Assembly: GCA_021613535.1 (NCBI GenBank)
Contig: CP075492.1
Coordinates: 14,632,001 to 14,696,000 of the forward strand
Direction: 5' to 3'
Source of the DNA: Adineta vaga
Lineage: Eukaryota > Animalia > Rotifera
DNA length: 64,000 nt
Each line of letters starts with the position of its first letter. Within the stretch, counting starts at the first letter, position 1. Below the pieces are notes generated by a model. The model was not told the origin of the DNA and made no database searches. It saw nothing but the letters and a program-made list of their open reading frames with translations. Both the position numbers and the translations under genes were made by a program. Below, piece by piece: positions 48,031 to 61,788 of the stretch.

Positions 48031-49149
48031 ATGATGATTTCTTCGTTTCTTGTCGTCTTCTTCTTCTTATTGAATCAATGTAGTTCATATCCGCAATTTG
48101 CTTTAAAGTTACAACCCGATGCATTACATCCTTTTCAAGAACCAGGCCCATTTGATATTCGTGGTCCATGTCCAGGTTTAAATACAGCTGCCAATCATGG
48201 TTATATTAGTCGTAATGGTATCACAACATTTGCAGAATTAGTTCAAATGCAGCAAGAGTTATATAATGTTGGTCTTGATTTAGCTCTTCTTTTAGCTACT
48301 ATTGGTGTTGCTCTCGATGGTGATATCATTACAGGTAAATTATCGATTGGAAAAGAATCAACAGCTGTTCCAGGACTTCTACGTACACCAGGTGGATTAA
48401 ATGCACATAATAAATTTGAAGGTGATACTTCATTGACACGAAATGATTATTACTTAGCTAATGGAGATAATTTCAAATTTAACGGAACTTTATACGGAAT
48501 GATGTTTGCTGAAGCACAAAATAATGGTGGCTTATATAATTGGAAAACAATGGCTGACTATCGTTATAAACGTTATCAACAATCATTAGCAGAAAATGGA
48601 CAGTTTCTTTTTCCTCCCCAAGCTATTTTACTTTATGGAGCTGCAACATTTCTTTATGAGTTATTTCCAAATGGAACAGATAAATTACCTACAGAAACGG
48701 TGATTTCGTCTTTTTTTGGTGCAAAACAAACAGAAAATGGAAAATGGGAAGCAGTATCGGAAAAAATTCCTTCAAATTGGTATAGAAGAGAAACACCATT
48801 TACTTTAGTTGATATTGCTATTCAAGTATTAAAACTGTATTTAGAACATATAGCTTTATTTGGAGGTAATACTGGTCGACCGAATTCATTTATTCTTGAT
48901 CCTTTCCAATTAACATTGGATAAACAAAATATTAATGGAATTTTGTGTCTTCTATATCAAACAGTTTTATCTGTTGTACCATCACAAGTAGAAACACTGA
49001 TTACTTCACCTGTAGCTATACTCAATTTTTTAATAGCAAAGTTAGATCCAATATTTGGTGTACAATTTGGATGTCCATCGACTAGTTTTGATCAAGCAGT
49101 ACCTACACCATTAGAAAATATTGTCAAAAAAACAATTCTTCGTCGTTAA
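48031..49149 (+). CDS. Secreted heme-thiolate peroxidase/unspecific peroxygenase (Peroxidase_2), intronless
   Basis: Signal peptide, DIRGPCPGLNTAANHG (proximal Cys in PCP), HNKFEGDTSLTRND, EKIPSNWYRR. Confidence 0.93.
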   Translation: MMISSFLVVFFFLLNQCSSYPQFALKLQPDALHPFQEPGPFDIRGPCPGLNTAANHGYISRNGITTFAELVQMQQELYNVGLDLALLLATIGVALDGDIITGKLSIGKESTAVPGLLRTPGGLNAHNKFEGDTSLTRNDYYLANGDNFKFNGTLYGMMFAEAQNNGGLYNWKTMADYRYKRYQQSLAENGQFLFPPQAILLYGAATFLYELFPNGTDKLPTETVISSFFGAKQTENGKWEAVSEKIPSNWYRRETPFTLVDIAIQVLKLYLEHIALFGGNTGRPNSFILDPFQLTLDKQNINGILCLLYQTVLSVVPSQVETLITSPVAILNFLIAKLDPIFGVQFGCPSTSFDQAVPTPLENIVKKTILRR

Positions 49150-49862
49150 TTTCAATGACATAACTGACATTGAAACTACAGTAGAATTTTTCTTAATCAT
49201 TGCTTTCAAATAAATCTTTCTTTTTAAAACTTCACTCATACTCTCAAGTTAGTTGTTGCTAGTTGAAATGAAACATTTAAGTCACTGAGAAATGACAGTT
49301 TCATCGCAATCGAATGATGGTTCGAGCAAATCTAAAGCAGCTGTTCCAGCAAATGTCACATAGTATCAATTTTAGTGCTCTTGCCAATTCATCGTAACGT
49401 AATATGCATGTTCATACCCATACTATGAGATAGCTGTACTATGCCACTTGGCAGATTATTTGCAATCCATCGATAGGCAATAATAAAAATTTGATCTGTA
49501 CTACTGAAACTAAACATTACATCGGTACTAGTTCACGCATTTCTCGTCATCAGTATAACAATGATGCGAATAAAACGAAATGTTTTATCACAGTATTCGT
49601 TAACTTGCGTTATCTGTTTACGACATATTGTATATATAGTTGGCTTGTATCAAGATTTTAAGTTTATTATAACATGAAAAAACGACCAAGAACGCTCGTA
49701 AAATATATCGATATAAGGTATGTCTGAGTACGAATATTCTTTACTTCTATATACAAGATTTATCTCCCTGTTTTGTTATCAGATCGAAAACGTTTGTCTT
49801 GAAAGATTGTTGTAAGAAAAGAAAGAAACGGATCATTTTCACTTTATCTATTAACAAAGAGA

Positions 49863-51022
49863 ATGTCGTTTTCTTTTATTGTCTTGATTCTATGTGCATG
49901 TATTCATTATGAAGTTCATGGTGTTCGTTGGACGGTTGAACAAGCCAATGCATGGTATGCTGAACAACCCTGGTATTTTGGTGCTAACTTTGTACCCTCA
50001 ACGTCGGTAAATCAAATTGATATGTGGTTCACATTTGATACAACAACAATGCAACGCGAATTAGAATGGGCTGCTGGAATTAATATGAATATAATGCGTG
50101 TCTTTCTTCATGTTCTTTTTTATCAAGAGAATCCTGAAGTTTTCTATAAGAAAATGGATGATTTTCTCGCTATAGCTGATCGACTTCATATTAAGATTGC
50201 TTTTGTTCTCTTCGATGAATGTTGGCGACCAGATCCGGCTCTTGGTATACAACCAGCTCCTATTCCAGGTGAACATAATTCTCAATGGGTGCGATGTCCA
50301 GGACAGGATTGGTTACTGGATGAAACCAAATGGCCTTTTTTAAAAAAGTCAGTATAGGAAACTTAAAATTAAATGAATTATTTCTATATTAAATTAGGTA
50401 TACAATTGATATACTGACTCGTTTTTCCAACGATTCACGAGTCATTTTCTGGGATCTATACAATGAACCACAATGTAGTAAACAAGTATCTACAGTCTTA
50501 CCATTACTTCGCGAAGTTTACGCTGCTGCTTTAGAAGCGAATCCTCGTCAACCTCTAACCTTTGGTATTTTACCTGAACCATTAAATGTTTCATTATCTG
50601 TATTTGAATTGGAATCTTCCGATATCATTACATTTCATAGTTATGAATCTTTATCTGGTACGATGAATCAAGTTGCTGAACTTCGTAAATTCAATCGACC
50701 ATTAATTTGTACTGAATACATGGCACGTACAGCTGGTAGTACTTTTCATACACATACTCGTTTTTTTCATCAGGAAAAAATCGGTGCCATCAATTGGGGA
50801 CTCGTAGCTGGTAAAAGTCAAACATATTTTCCATGGGGATCACCTGTTAATGCACCAACACCACTTGTATGGTTTCATGATATCTTCAATGCTAGTGGTA
50901 TACCTTATTCATCTTATGAAATTCAATTTTTTAAAGATTTAGGTGGATCTACTTCAACAAGATCTGCTTCCAATAGAATTACTATATTCTCTCTTGTTTT
51001 TTTCTTTACTCTGATTGCATAA
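49863..51022 (+). CDS. Secreted clan GH-A (GH5-like) glycoside hydrolase with hydrophobic C-terminus
   Basis: Intron 50348-50397. GANFVPS, MRVFLH, WDLYNEP (acid/base Glu), ITFHSY, ICTEYMAR (nucleophile Glu), INWGLVAGK, WFHDIF. Confidence 0.9.
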
Positions 51023-51302
51023 AATATATTCAAAGAAAATGTATCTCTATGTCCAAAGAATTTTCATTATTAATTCACTCATTGAGAACTATCGACACAT
51101 GTCCTTGCTCACCATTCACTCATTATTCGGTAAATTATACTTCTCCGCATCCTATTCATAGAAGAGAAGAAGAAAAATTCATTTTCATGTCTAATATAAT
51201 TGAATACCTTGATCAATGTACGTGTAATTCGATTTTTTTCATGCAATTGAATATTTGTCTATATTAATTTGTACTTGAAATCGTTTCTCATCATTCTTCT
51301 CA

Positions 51303-52815
51303 ATGACGACGAAAAATAATAAAATGCATTGTTTCAATTGTGGCAAAGAACGAGCCATATCCAAATGTACTGGATGTTTAAAAGATTATTGTTATTTTCA
51401 TTTAACTGCACATCGACGAGAATTAGATCGACAATTTGATCATATCGAACGAAATCGTGATATATTCAAACAGGATCTTAATGAACAAATACATCATTAT
51501 AATCAAGATTTTCTTATGAAACAAATCAATCAATGGGAGGAAGATTCAATAAAACTAATACAACAAGTAGCTGATGAATGTCGAAATATTTTAATACATC
51601 ATCGACAACAATATTATGAAAAAATCAAATTAAATCTAAAAACTTTCACTGAACAAGTAAGCGAGATTCGACAAACACATGATTTTAATGAAATTGATTT
51701 AAATCGATTTAAAGACAAATTTAAACAAATTCAACAACAACTTCATCCACCAATGAATCTTTCTCTTCAACATGAATCATGCATACCACTTGTACACAAA
51801 ATTTCTCTTGTTATATCATCTGGTAAGACAAATACATTGAGTTTTATTGAGTCTATTGTTTGTTTTTTTCTTCTATTCAGGACAATCTATTTCCCCAAAG
51901 AATATTGATAATAATACGAAATGGAAACAAAATGGAATAACAATTGCTGGTGGAAATGATGGAGATCATCAAATGAATCAACTTTGTTTTCCTCAAGGAA
52001 TTTGTATTGATTATGATAATGATGATTTAATCTATATAGCTGATTATGAAAATCATCGTATTATTGAATGGAAATGTGGAGAAGCTCATGGAGAAACGAT
52101 TGCTGGTGGAAATGGACGAGGATATCGTATTGATCAATTGAATAGTCCAACAGATGTGATTATTGATCGTAGAACAGATTCATTAATTATTTCGGATGCA
52201 GGAAATCGACGGATAGTTCAATGGTCTCGTCTTAATCGAACATATTTACAAACACTTGTCTCTGATATCGATTGTATTGGTGTAACAATAGATAATCATG
52301 GAGATTTGTATGTATCAGATTATATGAAGAATGAAGTTAAACGTTGGAAACAAGGTGAAATATGTGGAATAGTCGTTGCTGGTGGCCATGGAAAAGGAGA
52401 TGCACTAAATCAATTGAGTTGTGCAACTCATATTTTTGTTGATGATGATTATTCTGTGTATATTTCGGATTGTAATAATAATCGTGTCATGAAATGGATA
52501 AAAGATGCTCAAGAAGGTATTATTGTTGCTGGAGGACATGGATTAGGAGATGATTTAAATCAAATATGTCTTCCTCAAGGATTAGTTATTGATCATTTGG
52601 GAAATCTTTATGTTGCAGATTCATTAAATCATCGAATTATGAGATGGTTAAAAGATGCAGAAGAAGGTTCGATAATTCTTGGTGGAAATGGAGAAGGAAA
52701 TGAAATGAATCAATTCAATTGTACTGTAAGTTTAGTATTTGATCGACATGGAAATCTCTTTATTGTTGATTATAATAATCATCGAGTACAAAAATTTGAT
52801 ATTGAATCGAACTAA
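51303..52815 (+). CDS. B-box-like/coiled-coil/NHL-repeat protein (RING-less TRIM-NHL-like)
   Basis: Intron 51823-51880. CFNC…CTGCLKDYCYFHLTAH, coiled coil, and six NHL blades (IYIADYENHRI, LYVADSLNHRI, LFIVDYNNHRVQKF). Confidence 0.92.
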
Positions 52816-53429
52816 AACATATTTTTATGTTTATATAATTTTTATTGAAATGATTATTTTTTGAATAAAATTGAACATTCTCTTTTCATTATATAGGCAA
52901 CTGTCAACTCCGTTGATTTATTATCTACCTCTAATATCTGACTTTTTCTTTTCGTTTTTCTCTACTTAATCAAAACAAATCAAATTGTCAATGCATCGAT
53001 AATCATTACAGTGAAGTAAAATAATAAAATACATACATAACGTGGTAGAATATTCAATATTTATATTCAGCGTCTCTAATACTATTGACAGTTTGACATT
53101 TTTCATGTAGGCATATCGATATTCTTATTTCTTCATCAATCATCGCATTGAATATTAAAAAAAACACAAGGTAAGTACTACTACTACTACCGTAAAAAAT
53201 ATAAGTGTGATTGTTTATGAATACCTGATATCTTGCCAATTATTTTGAGTAGGGTGATAATATAAGTGAATCGATAGTATGAATCTAATCTTTGTTTTTT
53301 TTATTTGAAATAATATTAGAGAAAAGAAAGTCGTTTTCATTTTTGTCTTTAATCAATTTCATATCATTAGGTGATTCATTTATCTCAAAAGAACTGATTT
53401 CGTTGACTTGTCTCTTAACGTGGAACAGT

Positions 53430-56400
53430 ATGGCTTTAGATACAGAACAAAATAAGAATTCAATCGCAGATTTGAATAGTACTACTAGCGAAAAAGAAAT
53501 GACGATGCTTGAGACTACGTATGTTTTACTTTCTTATAATTAATTTCACTTATAATTTGTACGACAAACTTTTCATAGAAATTTTGATGATAGATTAGGA
53601 ACGAAATTCACCCTCGTAGCTATTTTAACATCCTGTGTATTCTGTGGCATTGCCATGTTTATTGGTATTCTCGTCATTTGTCTAACTACTTCCGAAAAAC
53701 CAAGTAATTCATCTTTTTTTCAACTCCTTTTCTGGACATTTAGTAATAATATATTTACTTCTTTAGTACCAAAATGTACTTTAAATTTTGCTCCAACAAT
53801 GACGAATCCAATTGAATACAATTATCGTCCACGATCTGTTGCCGTCGGTGATTTCAATCAGGATAATATATTGGATCTTGCTGTTGCTAATTCAGCTGTT
53901 GACACTATTGTTATTTTCCTTCGACATGAAAATGGTAGTATAGAAAGTCCAATCACTGTTTCAGATGAATCTAATTCTATTCCATATATGCTCGCGGTTA
54001 ATGACTTGAATAACGACAATCGATTAGATATTGCAGTAGCAAACTATGGTACACATAGTATAGGTATTTTCTTCGGACTTGGAAACGGATCCTTTGAGAA
54101 TTTTACAATACTTTCTACGGGTACATCACGTCCTATTTCAATTCTTATAAATGATTTCAATAACGATACATTACTGGATATTGTTACTGTTAATTACGGT
54201 ACCGATAGTATAAACATCTATTTTGGGTACGGAAATGGTACCTTCTCATCACCTGTCACATACTGGCTAGGTTACGATTCTTTGCCATATGCAGTTGCAG
54301 CAGAAGATTTTAATAATGACACACAAATCGATTTAGTTATTGCTAATCATGGTACTAATAGTATCGTTATAATCTTTGGAGATATGAACGGCAATTTCAT
54401 TAAAAGAACAACAATTTCTACAGGCTTGAATTCGCATCCCTATTCGATTGCAGTTAGCGATTTAGATAATAACAATTTGTTGGATATTGTCGTTGCTAAT
54501 TATGGTACGAACAGTATAGGTATATTTCTTAACTATGGAAATGGATTCTTTTCAAAACAAAATACATATTCATTGGGTACTGCTTCACCATGTTGCATTA
54601 GTATTGGTGATTTGAATAATGATCATCAAATGGATATTATTGTTACTAATCAAGGTGTTGATAATGTTGCTGTTTTTATTGGCTATGGTAATGGTACTTT
54701 TACAGATCCAAAAATGTATTCAACTGGTTCATTATCTACAATCTCACTTGCTACAGGTCATTTTAATAGTGATAATCGATTAGATATTGTAATCGTTAAT
54801 AATGATACGAATAGTATAAATATTCTATTTGGTTATTATGATGCGTTTCCAATTCAGCAGAAGTTTTCAGCGGGTCCTTCATCGTATTCAATAGATGTGG
54901 GTGATTTTGATAACAACAATGAACTAGATTTTGTGACTAGTGATCAATTTGATGGAACGATACGCGTCTTCTTAGGACAAGGTGATGGTTCTTTTATACA
55001 GAAAATCACTAAACTATTCAACTATTATCTGTTTTCTTTGTCTGTTGGTCATTTTAATAACGATGGAAGATTGGATATTGTCGTCACTGATTCTTTCGAT
55101 AATCAAGTAACGATCCTTCTTGGACTTGGTGATGGATATTTTGAAGAGCCAAAGAAATATTCCGTTGGTAATGCTCCGTTCTTTCTAACTGTCAGTGATT
55201 TAAATAAGGATACATATATGGATATAATTATCGCTAATGTGAATAGCAATGATATAACTGTACTTTACGGCTATGGCAATGGTTCTTTCAGAAATGACAC
55301 CAGATATAAAATGGGATCAGTACCGCAATCGGTAGTTGTTAATGATTTCAATAATGATACTCATCTAGATTTAGTCATTGTTAATGGTGGTAACGAAAGT
55401 GTGAGCATTCTACTTGGTTATAGCAACGGTACTTTTTCTGAAGAAACACGATACTCTGTTGGTTCTAATCCGTATAATGGAGCTGTTGGTGATTTTAACA
55501 ATGATAAACGACTAGATATTGTTGTTTGTAATGCAGGTAGTAACGATATAAGTATCTTACTTGGAAATGGTGATGGTTCTTTTCTGAAACAAATGAATTA
55601 TGCAACTGGTGATAGTCCTCGATCTTTAGCTATTGCTGATGTCAATAACGATGCTCGACAGGATATTATCGTTGTTAATACTGATGGTAATACAGTAGGT
55701 ATTTATCTTGGATATGGTAATGGTTCTTTTGAAAATCCCATGATCTACTTGCCTGGTTCTATGCCGCGATGTGTAGCTGTCGGCGATTTTAATTATGACG
55801 GTCGAATAGATATCGTAGTTGGTAATCTAAACGATAATCTAGTAACAGTATTATTTGGTTACGATCGTGGAGCTCTGGAAAACAGAGTAGCTTTCGCATC
55901 GGGTGAAGCTTCACGTTTACAATATGCTGCTGCGGGTTATTTCAATGATGATACATGGCTTGATCTTATTGTTGCTAATTATGGTACTAATGATATAGGT
56001 ATTATGTTCGGTCATGGAAATGGTACATTTGAACGTCAACTATTAATTCCAACAGGTTTAAACTCTGCTCCCAAATCAATCGCTATTCAAGATTTTAATA
56101 ATGACGGTCAACTAGATATTGCAGTAGCGAATTATGGTACTAATAATTTAGCTATGCTACTTGGTGATGGAAAAGGAATGTTTACAAATCAAGCAAATTA
56201 TGACAATAATATGAAGTATCCTCCAGCAACTATTATTGCTGCTGATTTCAACAATAATAAACGATCTGAAATTGTAGTCACATATGATAATACGGACAAT
56301 ATAGATATATTTATTTCGTATGATACAGGAACTTTTATTTACGACAATTCTTATACAGTTGGTGTGCTTCCACAATATGCCGCTATTGGTGATTTTAATA

Positions 56401-57962
56401 ATGATATGCAACCCGATATTGTTGTTACTAATATGTGGGATGGTACGATCAGTATACTTCTCGGTTACAAAAACGGTACTTTTGCGAAACAAACTATATA
56501 TTCAAGTGATTGGTATCCAATTTTTGTCGTTATAAATGATATCAATCAGGATACTATATTAGATATTATCGTTGTTAGTCGAGTTAAGGATACGGTAAAT
56601 ATTTTTCTCGGCAATGGAAACGGTACTTTTAGAAATCCAATTAAATATTCAACTGGTAGTGTACCATACTACATTGATGTTGGAGATTTCAATAACGATA
56701 CATATATAGACATTGTTACCAGCAATGCAAATAGTAATGATATGAGTATCTTATTAAATTATGGTAATGGTTCATTCAAAGATCAAATCAAATACACAAC
56801 TGGTTCTCATCCTCAATCTATAATTGTCAGTGACATTAATAATGATCGACAACTCGATATCATTGTTGTCAATGAATTTGATAATGATCTCAGCATTTTT
56901 CTCGGTCATGGTAATGGATCTTTTCGAGAACAAATTCGATATTCAACTGGTACTAATCCAGTCTCACTTGTTATTGGTGATGTAAATAATGATACAAAAT
57001 TAGATATTGTTGTTTCTAATAGTGTTACTCATGATATAAGTGTTCTTATTGGATATGGTAATGGATCTTTTCAAAATCAAACAAGATATTCAACTGGTTC
57101 TCGTCCAGGATCATTAAGTATTGGTGATTTCAATAATGATACATTCCTCGATATTATCGTCACTCATTCAATTGCTAATAGTATAAGTGTTTTTATCGGA
57201 TATGGTAATGGCATTTTTGCATATCGAATTACATATTCAACGAATGCAGGTCCGAATTCTGTTGTTTTTGCAGATTTTAATAACGATCATCGAATAGATA
57301 TTGCTATTGTTTGTAGTGGTTCATCTAAAATTGACGTACTCTTTGGAGATATCAGTCAGTCATTTGTAAAAAAGACAACATTGATTAATGATAATGGATC
57401 TCGACCGAGATCACTAGTTGCAGGTGATTTTAATCATGACAATCAACTAGATATTGCAGTTGCAAATTCAGGTACTAATAATGTGGGTATCTTTTGGGGT
57501 CATGGAGATATTTCATTTACAAATCAATATATCATTTCAAGTAATTATTCTCCATGGTCTATAACTGTTGGTCATTTGAATAATGACACTCTATTAGATC
57601 TTGTCGTTGCCAATTATCATAACGATAGTATTGGTATATTTTTTGCATCTACAAATAACTCCTTTTCTACACAATACATATTTATAACGGGTTCGAAATC
57701 GAAACCATATGCAACTGTTGTTGCGGATTTTAATAATGATAATAGACAAGACATTATTGTCGCCAATTATGGCAGTAATGATGTAGGTATTTTTCTTGGT
57801 GATGGTAGTGGTTCATTTGCAAGTATAATGATTATTCCCGTTGGTTACGGAACTCTTCCGTTTTCTATCATCGTTGGTTATTTTGATAATGATCCTAAAT
57901 TGGATTTTGCTGTTATCAATGAAGGCACTGATAATCTAAGAATTTTCTTACAAACATGTTAG
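53430..57962 (+). CDS. Type II membrane protein with 28 FG-GAP/VCBS repeats
   Basis: Introns 53519-53593 and 53704-53766 (the second is in frame, so the ORF reads through it). Short cytoplasmic N-terminus, one TM segment, and 28 counted DFNND…DIVV-type repeats. Confidence 0.9.
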
Positions 57963-58601
57963 AAACTTATTGTCTGTTTTTTATTCCGAATAAATTGATT
58001 AAATAAATTCACAAGTCAATGAAATTCATTGAAATTATTAGATAAAATATGCAGATATTGTTGACATCTCATAAAAGTGAGGGAATTTTTGTTATAATTA
58101 TTCGTATTTTGAGTCACGCATAGTACTTAAAAACGAAATAGATTATTGTCATTAATTGATTGAAGTCTTTTAGTCGGAAAATGAGGGGTTAGAATATAAA
58201 TACTCTGTTGATACATCGAAACCTATACTCGCACACTCACCTTTATATCATAACAATACGGTCACGTGTTTTTTCTTTGTTTTCTTAATCGCAGTCAGTC
58301 ATGTTACATATTCAAGTATCGAAGACATCATAATGGCTTTATTATATAACTAGTATACTCGCTCTTAATAATCGACAGAAATATTAAGTATGTATCGTGA
58401 AAATGATTTGAAACTAATTTGTTTTTTACAGTGAATAAGAGATATTAAATGAAAGATCTCTAAATTTTATATGGATCTACTTTTTTAGTTTATGAATGAT
58501 TAAAGACTCTCGTTAACAAACCAAAAAATTTTGCAAAACATTTGAATCTCTTCAAAAGAATTATTAGGCATTATAATTAATGAATTGTTTTTCTTGTAGA
58601 G

Positions 58602-58916
58602 ATGTCAAAGATAAACATACAAATCGGCAACGATTTAATTAAAGGAAAATCCGTTGGATCGAATCACTGGCAATTCTGGTTCAATGGAAAACAGTTTAGT
58701 ATTGATTCTCCCGATGCAAAATACGATACTATTGAAATACTAACAGACGGAGCTATTACTCTACAAGGAAAACAAATTCATGGAAATGTATGGAAAGCAG
58801 AACATTCATTTTATGGATCTTCAGCATGGGGTACTATTTTTATACGATATACTTTAGAATTCAATACGGAATCAATGAAAACAACTGTACAAAGTGAAAC
58901 AAATGTTGATGCATAA
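58602..58916 (+). CDS. Small beta-rich hypothetical protein
   Basis: 104-aa ATG-initiated ORF with alternating aromatic/polar patterning; no recognisable family. Confidence 0.55.
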   Translation: MSKINIQIGNDLIKGKSVGSNHWQFWFNGKQFSIDSPDAKYDTIEILTDGAITLQGKQIHGNVWKAEHSFYGSSAWGTIFIRYTLEFNTESMKTTVQSETNVDA

Positions 58917-59636
58917 TTTAAAAACAGTATTAGTTAGTGTAATGCTCGAATTTCCGGTCAAAATAAAACGATGAATAATCGTGTTGAAATGATTTCGTTT
59001 CGAAGTTGATGTTCATCTGTTGCTGACTGTATTGATGGAAATAGCTTGAGATTTTGTAACGTATGTTTTATTTTCCTCCATAATCAATCAGATTTTTTAT
59101 AAGTATTAGCCACTAAAATGAAATACAGTCGTGATTACAGTTTTTCTCAAAGTTATTTTCGGAAACTTTCATTTAAGCAGATTTCTTCGCGTATCTATTC
59201 AGAGAATTTAGAAAAGATATACATACTTTATATTTGAAATTCAAAGTAGCAGCAACAATAATAGGTGAAACGTAGTTTAAAGATAGTAGAATAGAGTGCA
59301 ATTGAATTTTACCAAAAGAAAATGTATATAACTTTTAGAAGTGAGGATATAAAATCGACAATTACGCAGTACAAACTTATTTATATTCAAGGATGAAATT
59401 AACATACGGCTAATTGTTCTTTCTTTTATTGAAGACAATATGTTTCTTTTCTAGTATAGCAATAAAAGTAAGTTAATCAGTACTGCGCGAAGTAGTGAAG
59501 TGATAATTTCAAATAATTTGTGTTTCTTTCATTCATTTCGATAGGTTTTCGAAGGCTACATATAAAGTTGATCTTTTTTTTTAATACAATAAACAAAAAT
59601 CAAGAAAATTTGGCTATAGTAACATCATCCAAAATT

Positions 59637-61207
59637 TTAGTGATGTAAAAGAATACTAATGCTATTCGAATAGAAATTTGCAACAATAATGTCTAGTTTA
59701 TTGTCATTATTCACATCAGTTAATGTTATTGCAACAGGACCATTACCAACTGAGTAAATATATTGAGAAGAAAAACTGCCATTGCCAAGATTGAAAAGTA
59801 CACCAACATTATTTGAACCATAGTTTGCAACAACAATGTCCAGTGTATAATCGTCATTCAGATCAGCTAACGCTACTGCGATTGGACCACTACTAACCGA
59901 ATAGGTTCTTGAGTATTGAAATGAACCGCTGCCTATGTTCAATAATATTCCAATAGTATTCGAACCATAGTTTGCAACAATAATATCAGATTTATTATCA
60001 CCATCTACATCAGTTACTATAACTGCTCGTGGATTGTTTCCAACTGAATACATAGTCGAAGGATAAAATGTACCGTTGCCTTTGTTAAGAAGAATACCGA
60101 TATTGTTTGAATAATAATTTGCAACAATAATATCGGGTTTATTATCATTATTAACGTCGCTTGTTGTGATTGAGATTGGATTGAGAAAAACTGGATATGA
60201 AGTTTCAGTAGAAAATGTCGCATTACCCATGTTCAGAAGAACGCAAACTGTGTTCGAATTGTAATTTGCTACAATGATATCGAGTTTGTTGTCACCATTC
60301 ACATCAGTTACTGTAACTGATCTTGGATAGGATACAATTGTATAAATGATCTGAGAAGAAAACGTGCCATTACCGGTGTTAAGAAGAATACAAATATTGT
60401 TTGGAACTGGACTTGCGATGACAATATCGACTTTATCATCACCGTTCATGTCGCCTACGACAGCTGTCATTGGATTAGTACTAGTTAAGTAGGTAATTTG
60501 ATTCCGAAACGAACCATCACCTAAATTAGTAAGAACACCAATGTTATTGGAACCGTAATTAGCGACAATAATATCGGATTTGTTATGATTGTTTAAATCG
60601 ATTACTGCGACTGAATACGGTTCATAACCAACTTGATAAGACACTTGAGGGAGAAACATATCACTATTGTTATACACTAAAGAAATATCAGGAAAAACAA
60701 GTAATATTCTTCTGTATTTCGAAACTTGTTGGTATGAACATAACGTGCAAGACTTACCAGTTGCTATCGTCGTTGCTATTGATGTTGACGAAGTTGACAT
60801 GAATTGATCTGTATTAGAGAAGTAATAGTAACAATAAACAACGTCGCTCGACACAAACAAGAGAGAAATAGATAGCTAATCGTTGCGATTATTTTCAGTA
60901 AAAACTTACTTGATACTATTGATATTGATGATTGATTACTAAAGATATATGTGGCGTCGACATGAAATTCGATGACAATTGAATGATTCTTCAAAGAAAA
61001 CAATTGACATGTTTTATTCATTGAAAAATAATTTAATGCAAATATGAATTTATTTGATGCTCTAGCCATTTGACATATACATTCCTCTTTTGTTAGATTA
61101 ACAAATGACATATTTATATAATCGACCATTATATTATTCTCTATTTTACCGATAGATATCGATTGACTAGCAGAAAATAACGATAGAAGTAATAATATCC
61201 AAAACAT
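59637..61207 (-). CDS. Secreted PAN/Apple-like + Ser/Thr linker + seven FG-GAP repeats protein
   Basis: Exons 61207-60910, 60808-60758 and 60676-59637 join in frame. Signal peptide, ECICQM…ALNYF…TCQLF, and seven DxNxD…DIIVANY-type repeats. Confidence 0.88.
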
Positions 61208-61788
61208 GTCCTCTCGCTTCAATTACTTGAACGTTATTGAGTATTTTAGAACAAAAAAATATCATGTTCTTTTGATAACTACGTCATATTCACAAGAATA
61301 TAGTGAAAAACTTGTTAAAAAATGTTATTTATATTTCTAAATACTCATCATTATTGTTATATTAGGTGTGAAAAAGTCAATCGCTAAATGAAACTTTCTT
61401 TTTTTTATAATTAAACTATTATTATCTGTAAGAACAATTTTTCTAGAATAAACCATGATTGCAAAAAAGAAATGGTTTAGACGCGTGACAAATGATCTAC
61501 ATGTTTGTCAATGTGTATGAATATGCGTATATTGCATAGGAAAATGAATTCTATATTCTATGTAATTAGACCAGATTAAATCTTCGATAAGACTTTCAAA
61601 TAGTATCATAAATATACATTGTTTAATAGAATTCTATTATATATAGATTACATTAATTTAATAATATTTTGAGAATATAGGACTGTTTTAGTAATATGAT
61701 CTACAGTGTTAATTAACTATAATCCCTTTGATAATAACGTCAATACTTTTCTTCCGATATTCTTTTTGTTATTTCTTGGAAACAGAAT

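Noticed and set aside
53800-57950. Regular ~147-bp periodicity resembling a CRISPR or satellite array
   Set aside because: It is the protein-coding FG-GAP repeat; there are no identical DNA direct repeats with unique spacers.
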